The notes under the pieces were generated by a model that made no database searches, was not told the origin of the DNA, and saw nothing but the letters and a program-made list of their open reading frames with translations. A program made the translations under genes and the position numbers. This document shows, piece by piece, positions 11,534 through 24,845 of a stretch of DNA of 64,000 nt (position 1 is its first letter; each line of letters starts with the position of its first letter). The DNA is from Escherichia coli (GTDB lineage: Bacteria; Pseudomonadota; Gammaproteobacteria; Enterobacterales; Enterobacteriaceae), in assembly GCF_024298765.1 (NCBI RefSeq), contig NZ_CP101210.1. One strand, written 5' to 3'.

Positions 11534-12017
11534 ATCAATAATGCCGGATGATCGTTAATATCATCCGGCTTCATTTACATTATTCTGTCTTATTAATTGA
11601 AAATTATTTCTCGCTTTATTATCCATGCGGCAATAATATTTTGTGTTTAGATAACCTGCTAAATAATTAAGATCGTGAGAACATCTATTTTTTATCACGC
11701 AAAACAAGTCTGTACTAATTATGTTCGCTTGATGAGCAAACACCGTTCTATCTGTTGCTTTTGCAATCTTAATCGTTAAAACTACCAACAAATTTATATA
11801 GTTACGTTGTGAATGGTTGTTAATTTTTTGTTTATTGAAATTTCGTAAAAATAACCATCCAGACATCGAATAGGGGTTATTCTTATAAATTTTACCTGTT
11901 TTTCTATCAATGATGCCGTTTTCTTAAGAATGGAGGAAGTTATTAAAGAAGATAAAGCATAAAACTATTTCTCCCAGTTACGAATTTTTTAACATTGTTT
12001 TGTCACTTGCGTTATTA

Positions 12018-15000
12018 ATGAATAAGAAATTTAAATATAAGAAATCGCTTTTAGCGGCTATTTTGAGCGCAACCCTGTTAGCCGGTTGTGATGGCGGTGG
12101 CTCCGGATCTTCCTCCGATACGCCGCCTGTAGATTCTGGAACAGGGTCTTTGCCGGAAGTGAAACCTGATCCAACACCAAACCCGGAGCCGACGCCTGAG
12201 CCAACGCCGGACCCAGAACCAACGCCGGAACCGACACCTGATCCAGAGCCAGAACCGGAGCCAGAACCTGTTCCTACGAAAACGGGTTATCTGACCCTGG
12301 GCGGAAGCCAGCGGGTAACTGGTGCTACCTGTAATGGTGAATCCAGCGATGGCTTTACATTTACACCTGGTGAGGACGTTACTTGCGTGGCGGGTAACAC
12401 GACAATTGCCACCTTCAACACTCAGTCAGAAGCTGCGCGTAGCCTGCGTGCGGTTGAAAAAGTGTCGTTTAGTCTTGAGGACGCGCAAGAACTGGCGGCT
12501 TCCGATGACAAGAAAAGCAATGCGCTCTCGCTAGTCACCTCCATGAACAGTTGCCCGGCGGATACAGAACAGGTGTGCCTGGAGTTCTCCTCAGTGATCG
12601 AGAGTAAACGCTTCGACTCGCTGTATAAGCAAATCGATCTGGCACCGGAAGAGTTCAAAAAGCTGGTCAATGAAGAGGTGGAAAACAATGCCGCGACCGA
12701 TAAAGCGCCATCCACTCATACTTCACCGGTCGTGCCCGTCACCACTCCGGGAACAAAACCGGATCTGAACGCTTCCTTCGTGTCGGCTAACGCGGAACAG
12801 TTTTATCAGTATCAACCTACGGAAATCATTCTCTCTGAAGGCCGACTGGTAGATAGCATGGGCAATGGTGTGGTTGGCGTAAATTACTACACCAGCTCAG
12901 GCCGTGGCGTAACTGGCGAAAACGGCAAATTCAACTTCAGCTGGGGCGAAACCATCTCCTTTGGTATCGACACCTTTGAACTGGGCTCAGTACGCGGCAA
13001 TAAGTCGACCATTGCGTTGACTGAGCTGGGCGACGAAGTTCGCGGCGCGAATATTGATCAGCTTATTCATCGCTATTCGACGACCGGGCAAAATAATACC
13101 CGTGTTGTGCCGGACGATGTACGCAAGGTCTTTGCCGAATATCCCAACGTGATCAACGAGATTATCAATCTCTCGTTATCCAACGGTGCGACGCTGGATG
13201 AAGGTGAGCAAGTTGTTAATCTGCCAAACGAATTTATTGAGCAGTTTAAGACGGGTCAAGCCAAAGAGATCGATACCGCGATTTGTGCGAAAACCGACGG
13301 TTGTAACGAGGCTCGCTGGTTCTCGCTGACGACGCGCAATGTTAATGACGGCCAGATTCAGGGCGTTATCAACAAGCTGTGGGGTGTGGATACAAGTTAC
13401 AAATCTGTCAGCAAGTTCCACGTCTTCCATGACTCTACCAACTTCTATGGCAGCACCGGTAACGCGCGCGGTCAGGCGGTGGTAAATATCTCCAACTCGG
13501 CATTACCGATTCTGATGGCGCGTAATGATAAAAACTACTGGCTGGCGTTTGGCGAAAAACGCGCCTGGGATAAAAATGAGCTGGCGTACATTACGGAAGC
13601 GCCTTCCATTGTGCAGCCAGAGAACGTTACGCGCGATACTGCGACTTTCAACCTGCCGTTTATTTCGCTGGGGCAAGTCGGTGAAGGCAAACTGATGGTT
13701 ATCGGTAACCCGCACTACAACAGCATCCTGCGTTGCCCGAACGGTTACAGTTGGGGCGGTGGTGTTAATAGTAAAGGTGAGTGTACGCTCAGCGGTGATT
13801 CTGATGACATGAAGCACTTTATGCAGAACGTCCTGCGCTACTTGTCAAATGACATCTGGCAGCCAAATACCAAGAGCATCATGACTGTCGGCACCAACCT
13901 GGAGAACGTTTATTTCAAAAAAGCGGGCCAGGTATTGGGAAATAGTGCACCATTTGCTTTCCATGAGGATTTCACTGGTATCACGGTTAAACAGTTGACC
14001 AGCTATGGCGATCTGAATCCGGAAGAGATTCCGTTGCTGATCCTCAACGGCTTTGAATATGTGACTCAGTGGTCTGGCGATCCCTATGCTGTGCCTCTGC
14101 GTGCAGATACCAGCAAACCGAAGCTGACTCAGCAGGATGTGACCGATCTGATCGCTTATCTGAACAAAGGTGGCTCGGTGCTGATCATGGAAAACGTGAT
14201 GAGCAATCTTAAGGAAGAGAGCGCGTCCAGTTTTGTGCGTCTGCTGGATGCCGCGGGTCTGTCAATGGCTCTGAACAAATCGGTGGTGAACAACGATCCG
14301 CAAGGGTATCCGGATCGCGTTCGTCAGCGTCGCGCGACTGGCATTTGGGTTTATGAACGTTATCCTGCTGCAGACGGCGCGCAACCGCCGTACACCATCG
14401 ACCCAAATACAGGGGAAGTGACCTGGAAATACCAGCAAGACAACAAGCCTGATGACAAGCCGAAACTGGAAGTTGCGAGCTGGCAGGAGGAAGTTGAGGG
14501 CAAACAGGTAACGCGTTATGCCTTTATTGATGAAGCGGAATACACAACAGAAGAATCTCTGGAAGCGGCAAAGGCAAAAATCTTTGAGAAGTTTCCTGGG
14601 TTACAGGAGTGTAAGGACTCGACTTACCATTACGAGATTAACTGTTTGGAGCGCCGCCCAGGCACGGATGTTCCGGTAACAGGTGGCATGTATGTTCCGC
14701 GCTATACGCAACTGAATCTTGACGCCGACACCGCGAAAGCGATGGTGCAGGCGGCGGATTTAGGCACCAACATTCAGCGCCTGTATCAGCATGAGCTTTA
14801 TTTCCGTACCAAAGGCAGTAAAGGTGAGCGTCTGAACAGTGTTGATCTGGAACGTCTGTACCAGAACATGTCGGTCTGGCTGTGGAACGATACGAAATAT
14901 CGTTACGAAGAGGGCAAGGAAGATGAGCTGGGCTTTAAAACGTTCACCGAGTTCCTGAACTGCTACGCCAATGATGCCTATGCAGGCGGCACCAAGTGCT

Positions 15001-16574
15001 CTGCAGATCTGAAAAAATCGCTGGTCGATAACAACATGATCTACGGTGACGGTAGCAGCAAAGCGGGCATGATGAACCCAAGCTATCCGCTCAACTATAT
15101 GGAAAAACCGCTGACGCGTCTGATGCTGGGCCGTTCCTGGTGGGATCTGAACATTAAGGTTGATGTGGAGAAGTACCCAGGATCCGTATCGGCAAAGGGT
15201 GAGAGCGTTACGGAAAACATCAGCCTGTACTCGAATCCGACCAAATGGTTTGCGGGTAACATGCAGTCAACCGGCCTGTGGGCACCGGCCCAGCAGGACG
15301 TCACCATTAAGTCTTCGGCGTCAGTCCCAGTGACTGTTACCGTGGCGCTGGCTGACGACCTGACTGGACGTGAGAAGCATGAAGTTGCGCTGAACCGTCC
15401 GCCAAGAGTGACTAAAACGTATACTCTGGAGGCTAACGGTGAAGTGACCTTCAAGGTGCCTTATGGTGGTCTGATTTATATCAAGGGCGACAGTAAGGAT
15501 GATGTTTCTGCTAACTTCACCTTTACCGGTGTAGTAAAAGCGCCGTTCTATAAAGACGGCGAATGGAAAAACGATCTGGACTCACCGGCGCCGCTGGGCG
15601 AGCTGGAGTCTGCGTCGTTCGTCTATACCACGCCGAAGAAGAACCTTGAGGCCAGCAATTTCACTGGTGGTGTAGCAGAATTCGCTAAAGATCTGGATAC
15701 CTTTGCCAGCTCGATGAATGATTTCTACGGTCGTAATGATGAAGACGGTAAGCACCGGATGTTTACCTATAAAAACTTGACGGGCCACAAGCATCGTTTC
15801 ACCAACGATGTGCAGATCTCCATCGGTGATGCGCATTCGGGTTATCCGGTAATGAACAGCAGCTTCTCGACGAACAGCACCACGCTGCCGACGACGCCGC
15901 TGAACGACTGGCTGATCTGGCACGAAGTTGGTCACAACGCCGCCGAAACGCCGCTGACTGTTCCTGGCGCAACTGAAGTAGCGAACAACGTGCTGGCGCT
16001 GTACATGCAGGATCGCTATCTCGGCAAGATGAACCGTGTCGCTGACGATATTACTGTCGCGCCGGAATATCTGGAGGAGAGCAACGGTCAGGCATGGGCG
16101 CGCGGCGGTGCGGGTGACCGTCTGCTGATGTACGCACAGTTGAAGGAGTGGGCAGAGGAAAACTTTGATATCACGAAGTGGTATCCAGATGGCAAGCTGC
16201 CAGCGTTCTACAGCGAGCGTGAAGGGATGAAAGGCTGGAACCTGTTCCAGTTGATGCATCGTAAAGCACGCGGCGATGATGTTGGTAACAGCACCTTTGG
16301 TGGCAAGAATTACTGTGCTGAATCCAATGGTAACGCTGCCGACACGCTGATGCTGTGTGCCTCCTGGGTCGCCCAGACGGATCTTTCGGAGTTCTTTAAG
16401 AAATGGAATCCGGGTGCAAGTGCTTACCAGTTGCCGGGAGCAACGGAGATGAGTTTCCAGGGCGGTGTGAGCTCTTCGGCTTACAGCACGCTGGCGTCAC
16501 TCAAGCTGCCGAAACCGGAAAAAGGGCCGGAAACCATTAACAAGGTTACCGAGCATAAGATGTCTGCCGAGTAA
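12018..16574 (+). CDS. yghJ: SslE/YghJ secreted lipoprotein, M60-like zinc metalloprotease (mucinase)
   Basis: ~1518 aa; signal peptide with lipobox LLAGC; Pro/Glu-rich PEPTPEP repeats; HEVGH zinc-binding motif ([14 protein letters not shown]); immediately upstream of pppA and the T2SS genes. ATG at 12018 chosen over the TTG at 12000. Confidence 0.9.
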   Translation: MNKKFKYKKSLLAAILSATLLAGCDGGGSGSSSDTPPVDSGTGSLPEVKPDPTPNPEPTPEPTPDPEPTPEPTPDPEPEPEPEPVPTKTGYLTLGGSQRVTGATCNGESSDGFTFTPGEDVTCVAGNTTIATFNTQSEAARSLRAVEKVSFSLEDAQELAASDDKKSNALSLVTSMNSCPADTEQVCLEFSSVIESKRFDSLYKQIDLAPEEFKKLVNEEVENNAATDKAPSTHTSPVVPVTTPGTKPDLNASFVSANAEQFYQYQPTEIILSEGRLVDSMGNGVVGVNYYTSSGRGVTGENGKFNFSWGETISFGIDTFELGSVRGNKSTIALTELGDEVRGANIDQLIHRYSTTGQNNTRVVPDDVRKVFAEYPNVINEIINLSLSNGATLDEGEQVVNLPNEFIEQFKTGQAKEIDTAICAKTDGCNEARWFSLTTRNVNDGQIQGVINKLWGVDTSYKSVSKFHVFHDSTNFYGSTGNARGQAVVNISNSALPILMARNDKNYWLAFGEKRAWDKNELAYITEAPSIVQPENVTRDTATFNLPFISLGQVGEGKLMVIGNPHYNSILRCPNGYSWGGGVNSKGECTLSGDSDDMKHFMQNVLRYLSNDIWQPNTKSIMTVGTNLENVYFKKAGQVLGNSAPFAFHEDFTGITVKQLTSYGDLNPEEIPLLILNGFEYVTQWSGDPYAVPLRADTSKPKLTQQDVTDLIAYLNKGGSVLIMENVMSNLKEESASSFVRLLDAAGLSMALNKSVVNNDPQGYPDRVRQRRATGIWVYERYPAADGAQPPYTIDPNTGEVTWKYQQDNKPDDKPKLEVASWQEEVEGKQVTRYAFIDEAEYTTEESLEAAKAKIFEKFPGLQECKDSTYHYEINCLERRPGTDVPVTGGMYVPRYTQLNLDADTAKAMVQAADLGTNIQRLYQHELYFRTKGSKGERLNSVDLERLYQNMSVWLWNDTKYRYEEGKEDELGFKTFTEFLNCYANDAYAGGTKCSADLKKSLVDNNMIYGDGSSKAGMMNPSYPLNYMEKPLTRLMLGRSWWDLNIKVDVEKYPGSVSAKGESVTENISLYSNPTKWFAGNMQSTGLWAPAQQDVTIKSSASVPVTVTVALADDLTGREKHEVALNRPPRVTKTYTLEANGEVTFKVPYGGLIYIKGDSKDDVSANFTFTGVVKAPFYKDGEWKNDLDSPAPLGELESASFVYTTPKKNLEASNFTGGVAEFAKDLDTFASSMNDFYGRNDEDGKHRMFTYKNLTGHKHRFTNDVQISIGDAHSGYPVMNSSFSTNSTTLPTTPLNDWLIWHEVGHNAAETPLTVPGATEVANNVLALYMQDRYLGKMNRVADDITVAPEYLEESNGQAWARGGAGDRLLMYAQLKEWAEENFDITKWYPDGKLPAFYSEREGMKGWNLFQLMHRKARGDDVGNSTFGGKNYCAESNGNAADTLMLCASWVAQTDLSEFFKKWNPGASAYQLPGATEMSFQGGVSSSAYSTLASLKLPKPEKGPETINKVTEHKMSAE

Positions 16575-16715
16575 GCCTGTAGGCCGGATAAGGCGTTCAC
16601 GCCGCATCCGGCATGATATAAGGCGCATCGGGTCAACACATATGCCCGATGCGCCAGCTTATCGGGCCTGGAGGAAAGCCATATGGCATACACCCGCAGG
16701 CCCGCATCCGGCAAG
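16575..16715. repeat. REP/BIME-type extragenic palindromic repeats
   Basis: gcctgtaggccggataaggcgttcacgccgcatccggca and further gccgcatccggc / cccgcatccggc palindromic units between yghJ and pppA. Confidence 0.6.
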
Positions 16716-16737
16716 TTACAACAAACAACCTTTAACC

Positions 16738-17547
16738 ATGCTTTTTGATGTTTTTCAGCAATACCCCGCGGCGATGCCCATACTGGCAACCGTCGGAGGA
16801 TTGATCATCGGCAGTTTTTTGAATGTGGTGATTTGGCGTTACCCCATCATGCTGCGCCAACAAATGGCGGAGTTTCATGGTGAAACGCCGAGTACGCAGT
16901 CAAAAATAAGCCTGGCGCTGCCACGCTCGCACTGTCCGCATTGCCAGCAGACTATCCGCGTTCGTGACAATATTCCGCTGCTCTCCTGGTTGATGCTCAA
17001 AGGGCGCTGCCGCGACTGTCAGGCGAAAATCAGCAAGCGTTATCCGCTGGTGGAGTTATTGACGGCACTCGCTTTTTTGCTGGCGAGCCTGGTGTGGCCG
17101 GAAAGTGGATGGGCGCTGGCGGTGATGATATTATCCGCCTGGCTGATTGCCGCGAGCGTCATTGACCTCGATAACCAATGGCTGCCCGATGTTTTTACTC
17201 AGGGCGTATTGTGGACGGGACTAATTGCGGCATGGGCGCAGCAGAGTCCGCTCACGCTACAAGACGCAGTCACCGGCGTACTGGTGGGATTTATCACTTT
17301 TTACTCCCTGCGCTGGATAGCCGGAATAGTTCTGCGTAAAGAAGCATTAGGCATGGGCGATGTATTACTCTTCGCCGCTTTAGGTGGCTGGGTGGGGGCG
17401 TTATCACTGCCCAACGTTGCTTTAATCGCCTCATGCTGCGGCCTGATATATGCCGTTATTACAAAAAGAGGATCAACCACACTGCCTTTTGGACCGTGTT
17501 TAAGTCTGGGCGGTATAGCAACACTTTATCTACAGGCATTGTTTTAA
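16738..17547 (+). CDS. pppA: Prepilin peptidase (A24 family)
   Basis: 269 aa from [36 protein letters not shown]...; CxxC...CxxC zinc motif (CPHCQQ...CRDCQA) and polytopic membrane body. The longer ORF from 16642 would run through the REP repeats. Confidence 0.85.
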   Translation: MLFDVFQQYPAAMPILATVGGLIIGSFLNVVIWRYPIMLRQQMAEFHGETPSTQSKISLALPRSHCPHCQQTIRVRDNIPLLSWLMLKGRCRDCQAKISKRYPLVELLTALAFLLASLVWPESGWALAVMILSAWLIAASVIDLDNQWLPDVFTQGVLWTGLIAAWAQQSPLTLQDAVTGVLVGFITFYSLRWIAGIVLRKEALGMGDVLLFAALGGWVGALSLPNVALIASCCGLIYAVITKRGSTTLPFGPCLSLGGIATLYLQALF

Positions 17548-17612
17548 TGATAACAACGTCATTATCAAAGTGACATTTTAACTCTTATTAATAACCTTAG
17601 AGATTATTTACC

Positions 17613-18023
17613 ATGTCGATAAAACAAATGCCAGGGAGGGTATTAATATCGCTATTGTTGAGCGTTACAGGATTATTAAGTGGCTGCGCCAGCCATAATG
17701 AAAACGCCAGTTTACTGGCGAAAAAACAGGCGCAAAATATCAGCCAAAACCTGCCGATTAAATCTGCGGGATATACCTTAGTGCTGGCGCAAAGTAGTGG
17801 CACGACGGTAAAAATGACCATTATCAGCGAATCGGGTACTCAGACCACGCAGACACCTGACGCCTTTTTAACCAGCTATCAACGACAAATGTGCGCTGAC
17901 CCAACGGTGAAATTAATGATCACCGAGGGAATTAATTACAGCATAACGATTAATGATACACGTACAGGTAACCAGTATCAGCGGAAACTGGATCGTACCA
18001 CCTGTGGAATAGTCAAAGCATAA
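17613..18023 (+). CDS. yghG: T2SS pilotin lipoprotein (YghG/GspS-beta-like)
   Basis: 136 aa, signal peptide with lipobox LLSGC, positioned between pppA and gspC. Confidence 0.75.
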   Translation: MSIKQMPGRVLISLLLSVTGLLSGCASHNENASLLAKKQAQNISQNLPIKSAGYTLVLAQSSGTTVKMTIISESGTQTTQTPDAFLTSYQRQMCADPTVKLMITEGINYSITINDTRTGNQYQRKLDRTTCGIVKA

Positions 18024-18157
18024 CGTCGGGTAGATATAAATTGGCGCGGGTTGTTTTTCGTGACGCACGAATTTATCTCATTCAATGGCTGACTAAAATT
18101 CGTCACATTCTTAGCCAGAGACAATCTCTTAATACAGACAAAGAGCATCTGCGAAAA

Positions 18158-19000
18158 ATGGTGCGCGGGATGTTCTGGCTCATGCTGCTTATTATTTCTG
18201 CAAAAATGGCGTATTCACTCTGGCGCTATTTCTCCTTTTCTGCGGAATATACGGTGGTTTCCTCATCGGCGAATAAACCGCTCCGTGCGGATGCAAAACC
18301 GTTCGATAAAAATGACGTGCAATTAGTCAGCCAACAAAACTGGTTTGGCAAATATCAACCCGTCGCCGCACCGGTAAAACAACCTGAATCTGCGCCTGTG
18401 GCAGAAACGCGTCTTAATGTGGTGCTGCGTGGGATCGCCTTTGGTGCCAGACCCGGCGCGGTGATTGAAGAAGGCGGCAAACAGCAGGTCTATTTGCAGG
18501 GTGAACGGCTTGGCTCTCACAACGCAGTGATTGAGGAAATCAACCGCGACCATGTGATGCTGCGCTATCAGGGGAAAATGGAACGTCTGAGTCTGGCAGA
18601 GGAGGAACGCCCCCCTGTGGCGGTCACCAGCAAAAAAGCCGTCAGCGACGAAGCAAAGCAAGCTGTTGCTGAGCCTGCTGCCAGTGCGCCAGTTGAGATC
18701 CCGGCTGCCGTGCGTCAGGCACTGGCGAAAGATCCGCAGAAAATTTTTAACTATATCCAGCTTACGCCTGTGCGTAAGGAGGGAATTGTCGGTTATGCAG
18801 TGAAGCCGGGGGCAGATCGTTCTCTGTTCGATGCCAGCGGTTTCAGGGAAGGCGATATCGCCATTGCACTAAATCAGCAGGATTTCACTGATCCACGAGC
18901 AATGATTGCTCTGATGCGGCAGTTACCTTCAATGGATTCCATTCAACTTACGGTTTTACGCAAGGGTGCGCGCTACGACATTTCCATCGCACTGCGCTAA
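18158..19000 (+). CDS. gspC: Type II secretion system protein C
   Basis: N-terminal TM helix (MFWLMLLIISAKMAYSLW) and C-terminal PDZ-like region; start uncertain (TTG at 18041 versus ATG at 18158). Confidence 0.7.
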   Translation: MVRGMFWLMLLIISAKMAYSLWRYFSFSAEYTVVSSSANKPLRADAKPFDKNDVQLVSQQNWFGKYQPVAAPVKQPESAPVAETRLNVVLRGIAFGARPGAVIEEGGKQQVYLQGERLGSHNAVIEEINRDHVMLRYQGKMERLSLAEEERPPVAVTSKKAVSDEAKQAVAEPAASAPVEIPAAVRQALAKDPQKIFNYIQLTPVRKEGIVGYAVKPGADRSLFDASGFREGDIAIALNQQDFTDPRAMIALMRQLPSMDSIQLTVLRKGARYDISIALR

Positions 19001-19029
19001 CCGCATTTAATCCAGGAGAATCATTCATC

Positions 19030-21090
19030 GTGTTTTGGCGTGATATGACGTTGTCTATCTGGCGTAAGAAGACAACTGGCCTCAAAACAAAAAAGCGTTT
19101 ACTGCCGCTGATGCTGGCAGCGGCATTGTGTAGTTCACCGGTCTGGGCGGAAGAAGCCACTTTCACCGCTAATTTTAAAGATACTGACCTGAAATCGTTC
19201 ATCGAAACCGTCGGCGCTAACCTTAATAAAACCATCATTATGGGGCCGGGCGTTCAGGGGAAAGTGAGTATTCGCACTATGACTCCGCTCAATGAACGCC
19301 AGTATTACCAGTTATTCCTTAACCTGCTGGAAGCACAGGGGTATGCGGTCGTACCGATGGAAAACGACGTGCTGAAGGTGGTGAAATCAAGCGCCGCGAA
19401 AGTCGAGCCGCTGCCGCTGGTCGGTGAAGGCAGCGACAACTACGCGGGCGATGAAATGGTTACCAAAGTCGTGCCGGTACGCAATGTGTCGGTACGCGAG
19501 CTGGCACCGATTCTGCGCCAGATGATTGACAGCGCAGGCTCAGGCAACGTTGTTAATTACGATCCCTCCAACGTGATTATGCTTACCGGACGCGCCTCCG
19601 TTGTGGAGCGCCTGACGGAAGTGATCCAGCGCGTGGATCACGCGGGTAATCGCACCGAAGAGGTGATCCCGCTGGATAACGCCTCAGCCTCGGAAATTGC
19701 CCGCGTGCTGGAAAGCCTGACCAAAAACAGCGGCGAGAACCAGCCAGCAACGCTGAAGTCTCAAATTGTCGCCGATGAACGCACCAACAGCGTGATTGTC
19801 AGTGGTGACCCCGCCACGCGAGACAAAATGCGCCGCCTGATCCGTCGGCTGGATTCAGAAATGGAGCGCAGCGGCAACAGCCAGGTGTTCTATCTCAAAT
19901 ACAGCAAAGCGGAAGATCTGGTCGATGTGCTGAAGCAGGTCAGCGGTACGCTCACGGCGGCTAAAGAAGAGGCGGAAGGCACGGTCGGTAGCGGGCGTGA
20001 GGTTGTCTCCATCGCTGCCAGCAAACACAGTAATGCCCTGATTGTTACTGCGCCGCAGGACATTATGCAGTCGCTGCAAAGCGTGATTGAACAACTGGAT
20101 ATTCGCCGTGCTCAGGTGCATGTCGAGGCGTTAATCGTGGAAGTTGCCGAAGGTAGCAATATCAATTTCGGCGTGCAGTGGGGGTCAAAAGATGCTGGAT
20201 TAATGCAGTTTGCCAACGGTACGCAAATCCCTATTGGTACGCTGGGGGCAGCGATTTCTGCAGCCAAGCCGCAGAAAGGTTCCACGGTGATCAGCGAAAA
20301 CGGTGCTACCACCATAAATCCGGATACTAACGGCGATCTCTCCACGCTCGCTCAGCTCCTTTCTGGCTTTAGTGGTACGGCGGTTGGCGTGGTGAAAGGC
20401 GACTGGATGGCGCTGGTACAGGCGGTCAAAAACGACTCCAGCTCGAACGTGCTCTCCACGCCGAGTATCACCACGCTGGACAACCAGGAAGCCTTCTTCA
20501 TGGTGGGCCAGGACGTTCCGGTATTAACCGGCTCTACCGTTGGTTCCAATAACAGCAATCCTTTCAATACGGTAGAGAGGAAAAAAGTCGGCATCATGCT
20601 GAAAGTCACGCCGCAGATTAACGAAGGTAACGCGGTACAGATGGTGATTGAGCAGGAAGTCTCGAAAGTGGAAGGGCAGACCAGCCTCGATGTCGTGTTT
20701 GGCGAGCGCAAACTGAAAACCACCGTGCTGGCTAACGATGGTGAGCTGATCGTGCTTGGCGGTCTGATGGACGACCAGGCGGGAGAAAGCGTGGCGAAAG
20801 TGCCGCTGCTGGGTGATATCCCGTTGATTGGTAACCTGTTTAAATCGACGGCGGATAAAAAAGAAAAACGTAACCTGATGGTGTTTATCCGCCCGACCAT
20901 TTTGCGTGACGGTATGGCGGCAGACGGCGTGTCGCAGCGCAAATATAACTACATGCGCGCTGAGCAAATCTACCGCGATGAGCAAGGCTTAACCCTGATG
21001 CCGCACACCGCGCAGCCGATATTGCCAGCGCAAAATCAGGCCTTACCGCCGGAAGTACGCGCGTTCCTCAATGCCGGGAGAACGCGTTAA
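19030..21090 (+). CDS. gspD: Type II secretion system secretin
   Basis: 686 aa with signal peptide, N-domains and secretin C-domain ([16 protein letters not shown]); GTG start with upstream AGGAG. Confidence 0.9.
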   Translation: MFWRDMTLSIWRKKTTGLKTKKRLLPLMLAAALCSSPVWAEEATFTANFKDTDLKSFIETVGANLNKTIIMGPGVQGKVSIRTMTPLNERQYYQLFLNLLEAQGYAVVPMENDVLKVVKSSAAKVEPLPLVGEGSDNYAGDEMVTKVVPVRNVSVRELAPILRQMIDSAGSGNVVNYDPSNVIMLTGRASVVERLTEVIQRVDHAGNRTEEVIPLDNASASEIARVLESLTKNSGENQPATLKSQIVADERTNSVIVSGDPATRDKMRRLIRRLDSEMERSGNSQVFYLKYSKAEDLVDVLKQVSGTLTAAKEEAEGTVGSGREVVSIAASKHSNALIVTAPQDIMQSLQSVIEQLDIRRAQVHVEALIVEVAEGSNINFGVQWGSKDAGLMQFANGTQIPIGTLGAAISAAKPQKGSTVISENGATTINPDTNGDLSTLAQLLSGFSGTAVGVVKGDWMALVQAVKNDSSSNVLSTPSITTLDNQEAFFMVGQDVPVLTGSTVGSNNSNPFNTVERKKVGIMLKVTPQINEGNAVQMVIEQEVSKVEGQTSLDVVFGERKLKTTVLANDGELIVLGGLMDDQAGESVAKVPLLGDIPLIGNLFKSTADKKEKRNLMVFIRPTILRDGMAADGVSQRKYNYMRAEQIYRDEQGLTLMPHTAQPILPAQNQALPPEVRAFLNAGRTR

Positions 21091-22583
21091 TGGTGCCTGT
21101 AGCACAGGAAACCACCGCTAACACCGTGCGTCTGCCCTACAGTTTCAGCCGTCGGTTTGGCCTGGTGGCATGGTGCGAAGCGTCGCTGGAGATCCTCCAT
21201 GTTCATCCGTTGTCGCTCTCTGTTTTACAGGAGCTACAGCGGGGGCTGAATGCGCCCTTTACACTGCGGCAAATCGACGAGGCTGAATTTGAACAGCGGC
21301 TGAATGCGGTCTGGCAGCGGGACTCTTCCGAAGCTCGCCAGCTGATGGAAGATCTCGGTTCCGCCGAGGACTTTTTTACCCTCGCTGAAGAACTGCCGGA
21401 AACGGAAGATCTGCTGGAAAGTGACGACGATGCGCCGATCATCAAACTGATCAACGCCATGCTGGCAGAGGCAATCAAAGAAGGCGCTTCGGATATCCAC
21501 ATCGAGACGTTTGAAAAGAGTCTGGTGATCCGTTTTCGTGTTGACGGCACATTACATGAAATGTTGCGCCCCGGTCGTAAACTGGCCTCGCTGCTGGTCT
21601 CGCGTATCAAGGTGATGGCGCGGCTGGATATCGCCGAAAAGCGCGTACCGCAGGATGGCCGTATTGCGCTGCTGCTGGGCGGTCGGGCGATTGACGTCCG
21701 TGTATCTACCATGCCTTCCGCCTGGGGGGAACGGGTGGTGCTGCGACTGCTGGACAAAAACCAGGCTCGCCTGACGCTGGAGCGTCTGGGTTTAAGTCTT
21801 GAACTGACTGCGCAGTTGCGCCAGCTGTTACACAAACCGCACGGCATTTTTCTGGTGACGGGGCCGACCGGTTCCGGCAAAAGCACCACGCTGTACGCTG
21901 GATTGCAGGAGCTGAACAACCACTCGCGTAACATTCTCACGGTTGAAGACCCTATCGAATACATGATTGAAGGGATCGGTCAGACGCAGGTTAACACCCG
22001 CGTCGGCATGACATTCGCCCGTGGCCTGCGCGCGATTTTGCGTCAGGACCCGGATGTGGTGATGGTCGGTGAAATCCGCGATACCGAAACCGCAGAAATC
22101 GCTGTTCAGGCTTCACTGACCGGACACCTGGTACTTTCCACGCTGCATACCAACACAGCGGTGGGGGCGATCACGCGTTTGCAGGATATGGGCGTGGAGC
22201 CTTTCCTGCTCTCTTCCAGTCTGACGGGCGTGATGGCGCAGCGACTGGTTCGCACGCTGTGTCCCGATTGCCGCCAGTCCGTGCCTGCCACTGACGAAGA
22301 AAAACGCCTGCTGGGGATTACCGATGCGCGTACCGTCACGCTGTACCATCCGCAGGGCTGCCCCGCCTGTAATCACAAAGGTTTTCGCGGACGCACCGCT
22401 ATCCATGAACTGATTGTGGTGGACGCCACATTGCGTGATTTGATCCACCGTCAGGCCGGGGAACTGGAGCTGGAACGTTATGTCCGGCAACACTCTGCGG
22501 GTATCCGCAGCAACGGCATTGAGAAAGTGCTCGCCGGAGAAACCTCTCTCGATGAAGTTCTGCGGGTAACCATGGAGGCGTAA
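21090..22583 (+). CDS. gspE: Type II secretion ATPase
   Basis: 497 aa; Walker [10 protein letters not shown]; tetracysteine motif CPDC...CPAC; start overlaps gspD stop. Confidence 0.95.
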   Translation: MVPVAQETTANTVRLPYSFSRRFGLVAWCEASLEILHVHPLSLSVLQELQRGLNAPFTLRQIDEAEFEQRLNAVWQRDSSEARQLMEDLGSAEDFFTLAEELPETEDLLESDDDAPIIKLINAMLAEAIKEGASDIHIETFEKSLVIRFRVDGTLHEMLRPGRKLASLLVSRIKVMARLDIAEKRVPQDGRIALLLGGRAIDVRVSTMPSAWGERVVLRLLDKNQARLTLERLGLSLELTAQLRQLLHKPHGIFLVTGPTGSGKSTTLYAGLQELNNHSRNILTVEDPIEYMIEGIGQTQVNTRVGMTFARGLRAILRQDPDVVMVGEIRDTETAEIAVQASLTGHLVLSTLHTNTAVGAITRLQDMGVEPFLLSSSLTGVMAQRLVRTLCPDCRQSVPATDEEKRLLGITDARTVTLYHPQGCPACNHKGFRGRTAIHELIVVDATLRDLIHRQAGELELERYVRQHSAGIRSNGIEKVLAGETSLDEVLRVTMEA

Positions 22584-23806
22584 TGGCACTGTTTTACTAT
22601 CAGGCGCTGGAGCGTAATGGTCGCAAAACCAAAGGCATGATTGAGGCGGATTCCGCGCGTCATGCCCGTCAATTGTTGCGTGGTAAAGACCTCATTCCCG
22701 TGCACATTGAAGCCCGGATGAATGCATCGGCAGGGGGAATGTTGCAGCGTCGGCGGCACGCACATCGTCGCGTGGCGGCGGCAGATCTTGCGCTGTTCAC
22801 TCGTCAACTGGCAACGCTGGTGCAGGCAGCAATGCCGCTGGAAACCTGCTTACAGGCGGTCAGTGAGCAAAGCGAAAAACTGCATGTAAAAAGCCTCGGA
22901 ATGGCGCTGCGCAGCCGGATTCAGGAAGGTTATACCCTGTCGGACAGCCTGCGCGAACATCCCCGCGTCTTTGACTCCCTGTTTTGTTCGATGGTCGCTG
23001 CCGGAGAAAAATCCGGACATCTCGACGTGGTGCTCAATCGCCTGGCGGATTACACCGAACAGCGGCAGCGTCTGAAATCACGCCTGCTGCAGGCCATGCT
23101 CTACCCGCTGGTACTGCTGGTGGTGGCAACGGGCGTGGTCACTATTTTGCTGACGGCAGTAGTGCCGAAAATTATCGAACAGTTTGATCATCTCGGACAC
23201 GCGCTGCCCGCCTCCACCCGAATGCTCATCGCCATGAGCGACACGTTACAGACCAGCGGCGTGTACTGGCTGGCGGGTTTGCTGGGGCTTCTGGTGCTGG
23301 GGCAACGGCTACTCAAAAATCCTGCGATGCGCCTGCGCTGGGATAAAACCTTGCTGCGTTTGCCCGTGACGGGGCGTGTTGCGCGCGGGCTGAATACGGC
23401 GCGTTTTTCCCGCACGTTAAGCATCCTCACCGCCAGCAGTGTTCCGCTACTGGAAGGCATTCAGACCGCTGCCGCCGTGTCGGCAAATCGCTATGTCGAA
23501 CAACAACTGCTGCTGGCGGCAGATCGCGTCCGCGAAGGAAGCAGTCTGCGCGCCGCGCTGGCGGAGTTGCGGCTGTTCCCGCCAATGATGCTGTACATGA
23601 TCGCTTCCGGCGAACAGAGCGGCGAACTGGAAACCATGCTTGAGCAAGCCGCAGTTAACCAGGAACGAGAATTTGATACCCAGGTGGGGCTGGCGTTGGG
23701 GCTGTTTGAGCCTGCGCTGGTGGTGATGATGGCGGGCGTGGTGCTGTTTATTGTCATCGCCATCCTCGAGCCGATGCTGCAACTGAATAATATGGTTGGA
23801 ATGTAA
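22583..23806 (+). CDS. gspF: Type II secretion inner-membrane platform protein
   Basis: 407 aa, GspF-type repeat domains; overlaps gspE stop. Confidence 0.9.
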   Translation: MALFYYQALERNGRKTKGMIEADSARHARQLLRGKDLIPVHIEARMNASAGGMLQRRRHAHRRVAAADLALFTRQLATLVQAAMPLETCLQAVSEQSEKLHVKSLGMALRSRIQEGYTLSDSLREHPRVFDSLFCSMVAAGEKSGHLDVVLNRLADYTEQRQRLKSRLLQAMLYPLVLLVVATGVVTILLTAVVPKIIEQFDHLGHALPASTRMLIAMSDTLQTSGVYWLAGLLGLLVLGQRLLKNPAMRLRWDKTLLRLPVTGRVARGLNTARFSRTLSILTASSVPLLEGIQTAAAVSANRYVEQQLLLAADRVREGSSLRAALAELRLFPPMMLYMIASGEQSGELETMLEQAAVNQEREFDTQVGLALGLFEPALVVMMAGVVLFIVIAILEPMLQLNNMVGM

Positions 23807-23822
23807 TTTACGGAGTTATCAC

Positions 23823-24278
23823 ATGAATTCGTTATCCCGCACACAAAAACCACGGGCAGGTTTTACCCTGCTGGAAGTGATGGTGGTGATTGTTATTCTT
23901 GGCGTCCTGGCAAGTCTGGTGGTGCCTAACCTGTTGGGCAACAAAGAGAAAGCGGATCGGCAAAAAGCCATCAGCGATATCGTGGCGCTGGAGAATGCGC
24001 TGGATATGTACCGACTGGATAACGGGCGTTATCCGACCACAGAACAGGGGCTTGAGGCGCTGATCCAGCAACCGGCCAATATGGCGGATTCCCGTAACTA
24101 CCGTACCGGTGGATACATTAAACGACTGCCAAAAGATCCGTGGGGCAATGATTATCAGTATCTCAGTCCGGGTGAAAAAGGACTGTTTGATGTTTACACC
24201 CTGGGGGCGGATGGTCAGGAAAACGGGGAAGGCGCTGGCGCAGATATCGGTAACTGGAATTTGCAGGAGTTTCAGTAA
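23823..24278 (+). CDS. gspG: Major pseudopilin
   Basis: Prepilin leader and processing site in MNSLSRTQKPRAGFTLLEVMVVIVILGVLASL; GGAG SD before ATG 23823. Confidence 0.9.
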   Translation: MNSLSRTQKPRAGFTLLEVMVVIVILGVLASLVVPNLLGNKEKADRQKAISDIVALENALDMYRLDNGRYPTTEQGLEALIQQPANMADSRNYRTGGYIKRLPKDPWGNDYQYLSPGEKGLFDVYTLGADGQENGEGAGADIGNWNLQEFQ

Positions 24279-24281
24279 GCA

Positions 24282-24845
24282 GTGCCTGAACGCGGATTCA
24301 CTCTTCTGGAAATCATGCTGGTGATTTTCCTTATCGGCCTTGCCAGTGCGGGCGTGGTACAGACGTTTGCGACCGATTCTGAATCGCCCGCGAAAAAAGC
24401 GGCGCAGGATTTTCTGACTCGCTTTGCGCAGTTTAAAGACAGGGCAGTGATCGAAGGGCAGACACTCGGTGTACTAATCGACCCGCCGGGATACCAGTTT
24501 ATGCAGCGTCGTCAGGGGCAGTGGTTGCCCGTTTCTGCGACCCGGTTATCGGCACAGGTTACGGTGCCGAAACAGGTGCAGATGCTGTTACAACCCGGAA
24601 GTGATATCTGGCAGAAGGAATATGCGCTGGAGCTGCAGCGTCGCCGCCTGACGCTGCACGATATTGAACTGGAGCTGCAAAAAGAGGCGAAAAAGAAGAC
24701 ACCGCAGATCCGTTTTTCGCCTTTTGAACCCGCCACGCCGTTTACGCTGCGCTTCTACTCGGCGGCGCAAAACGCATGTTGGGCGGTAAAGCTGGCGCAC
24801 AATGGCGTGTTATCCCTCAATCAATGTGATGAGAGGATGCCATGA
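24282..24845 (+). CDS. gspH: Minor pseudopilin
   Basis: GFTLLEIMLVIFLIGL prepilin N-terminus; GTG start. Confidence 0.8.
   Translation: MPERGFTLLEIMLVIFLIGLASAGVVQTFATDSESPAKKAAQDFLTRFAQFKDRAVIEGQTLGVLIDPPGYQFMQRRQGQWLPVSATRLSAQVTVPKQVQMLLQPGSDIWQKEYALELQRRRLTLHDIELELQKEAKKKTPQIRFSPFEPATPFTLRFYSAAQNACWAVKLAHNGVLSLNQCDERMP

Noticed and set aside
15582-16259. 225-aa minus-strand ORF inside yghJ
   Set aside because: Fully embedded antisense in a strongly supported 1518-aa gene; Arg-rich shadow ORF.
21203-21964. 253-aa minus-strand ORF (and 20352-20985 ORFs) inside gspE/gspD
   Set aside because: Antisense shadow ORFs with Ser/Arg-rich low-complexity translations inside well-supported secretion genes.
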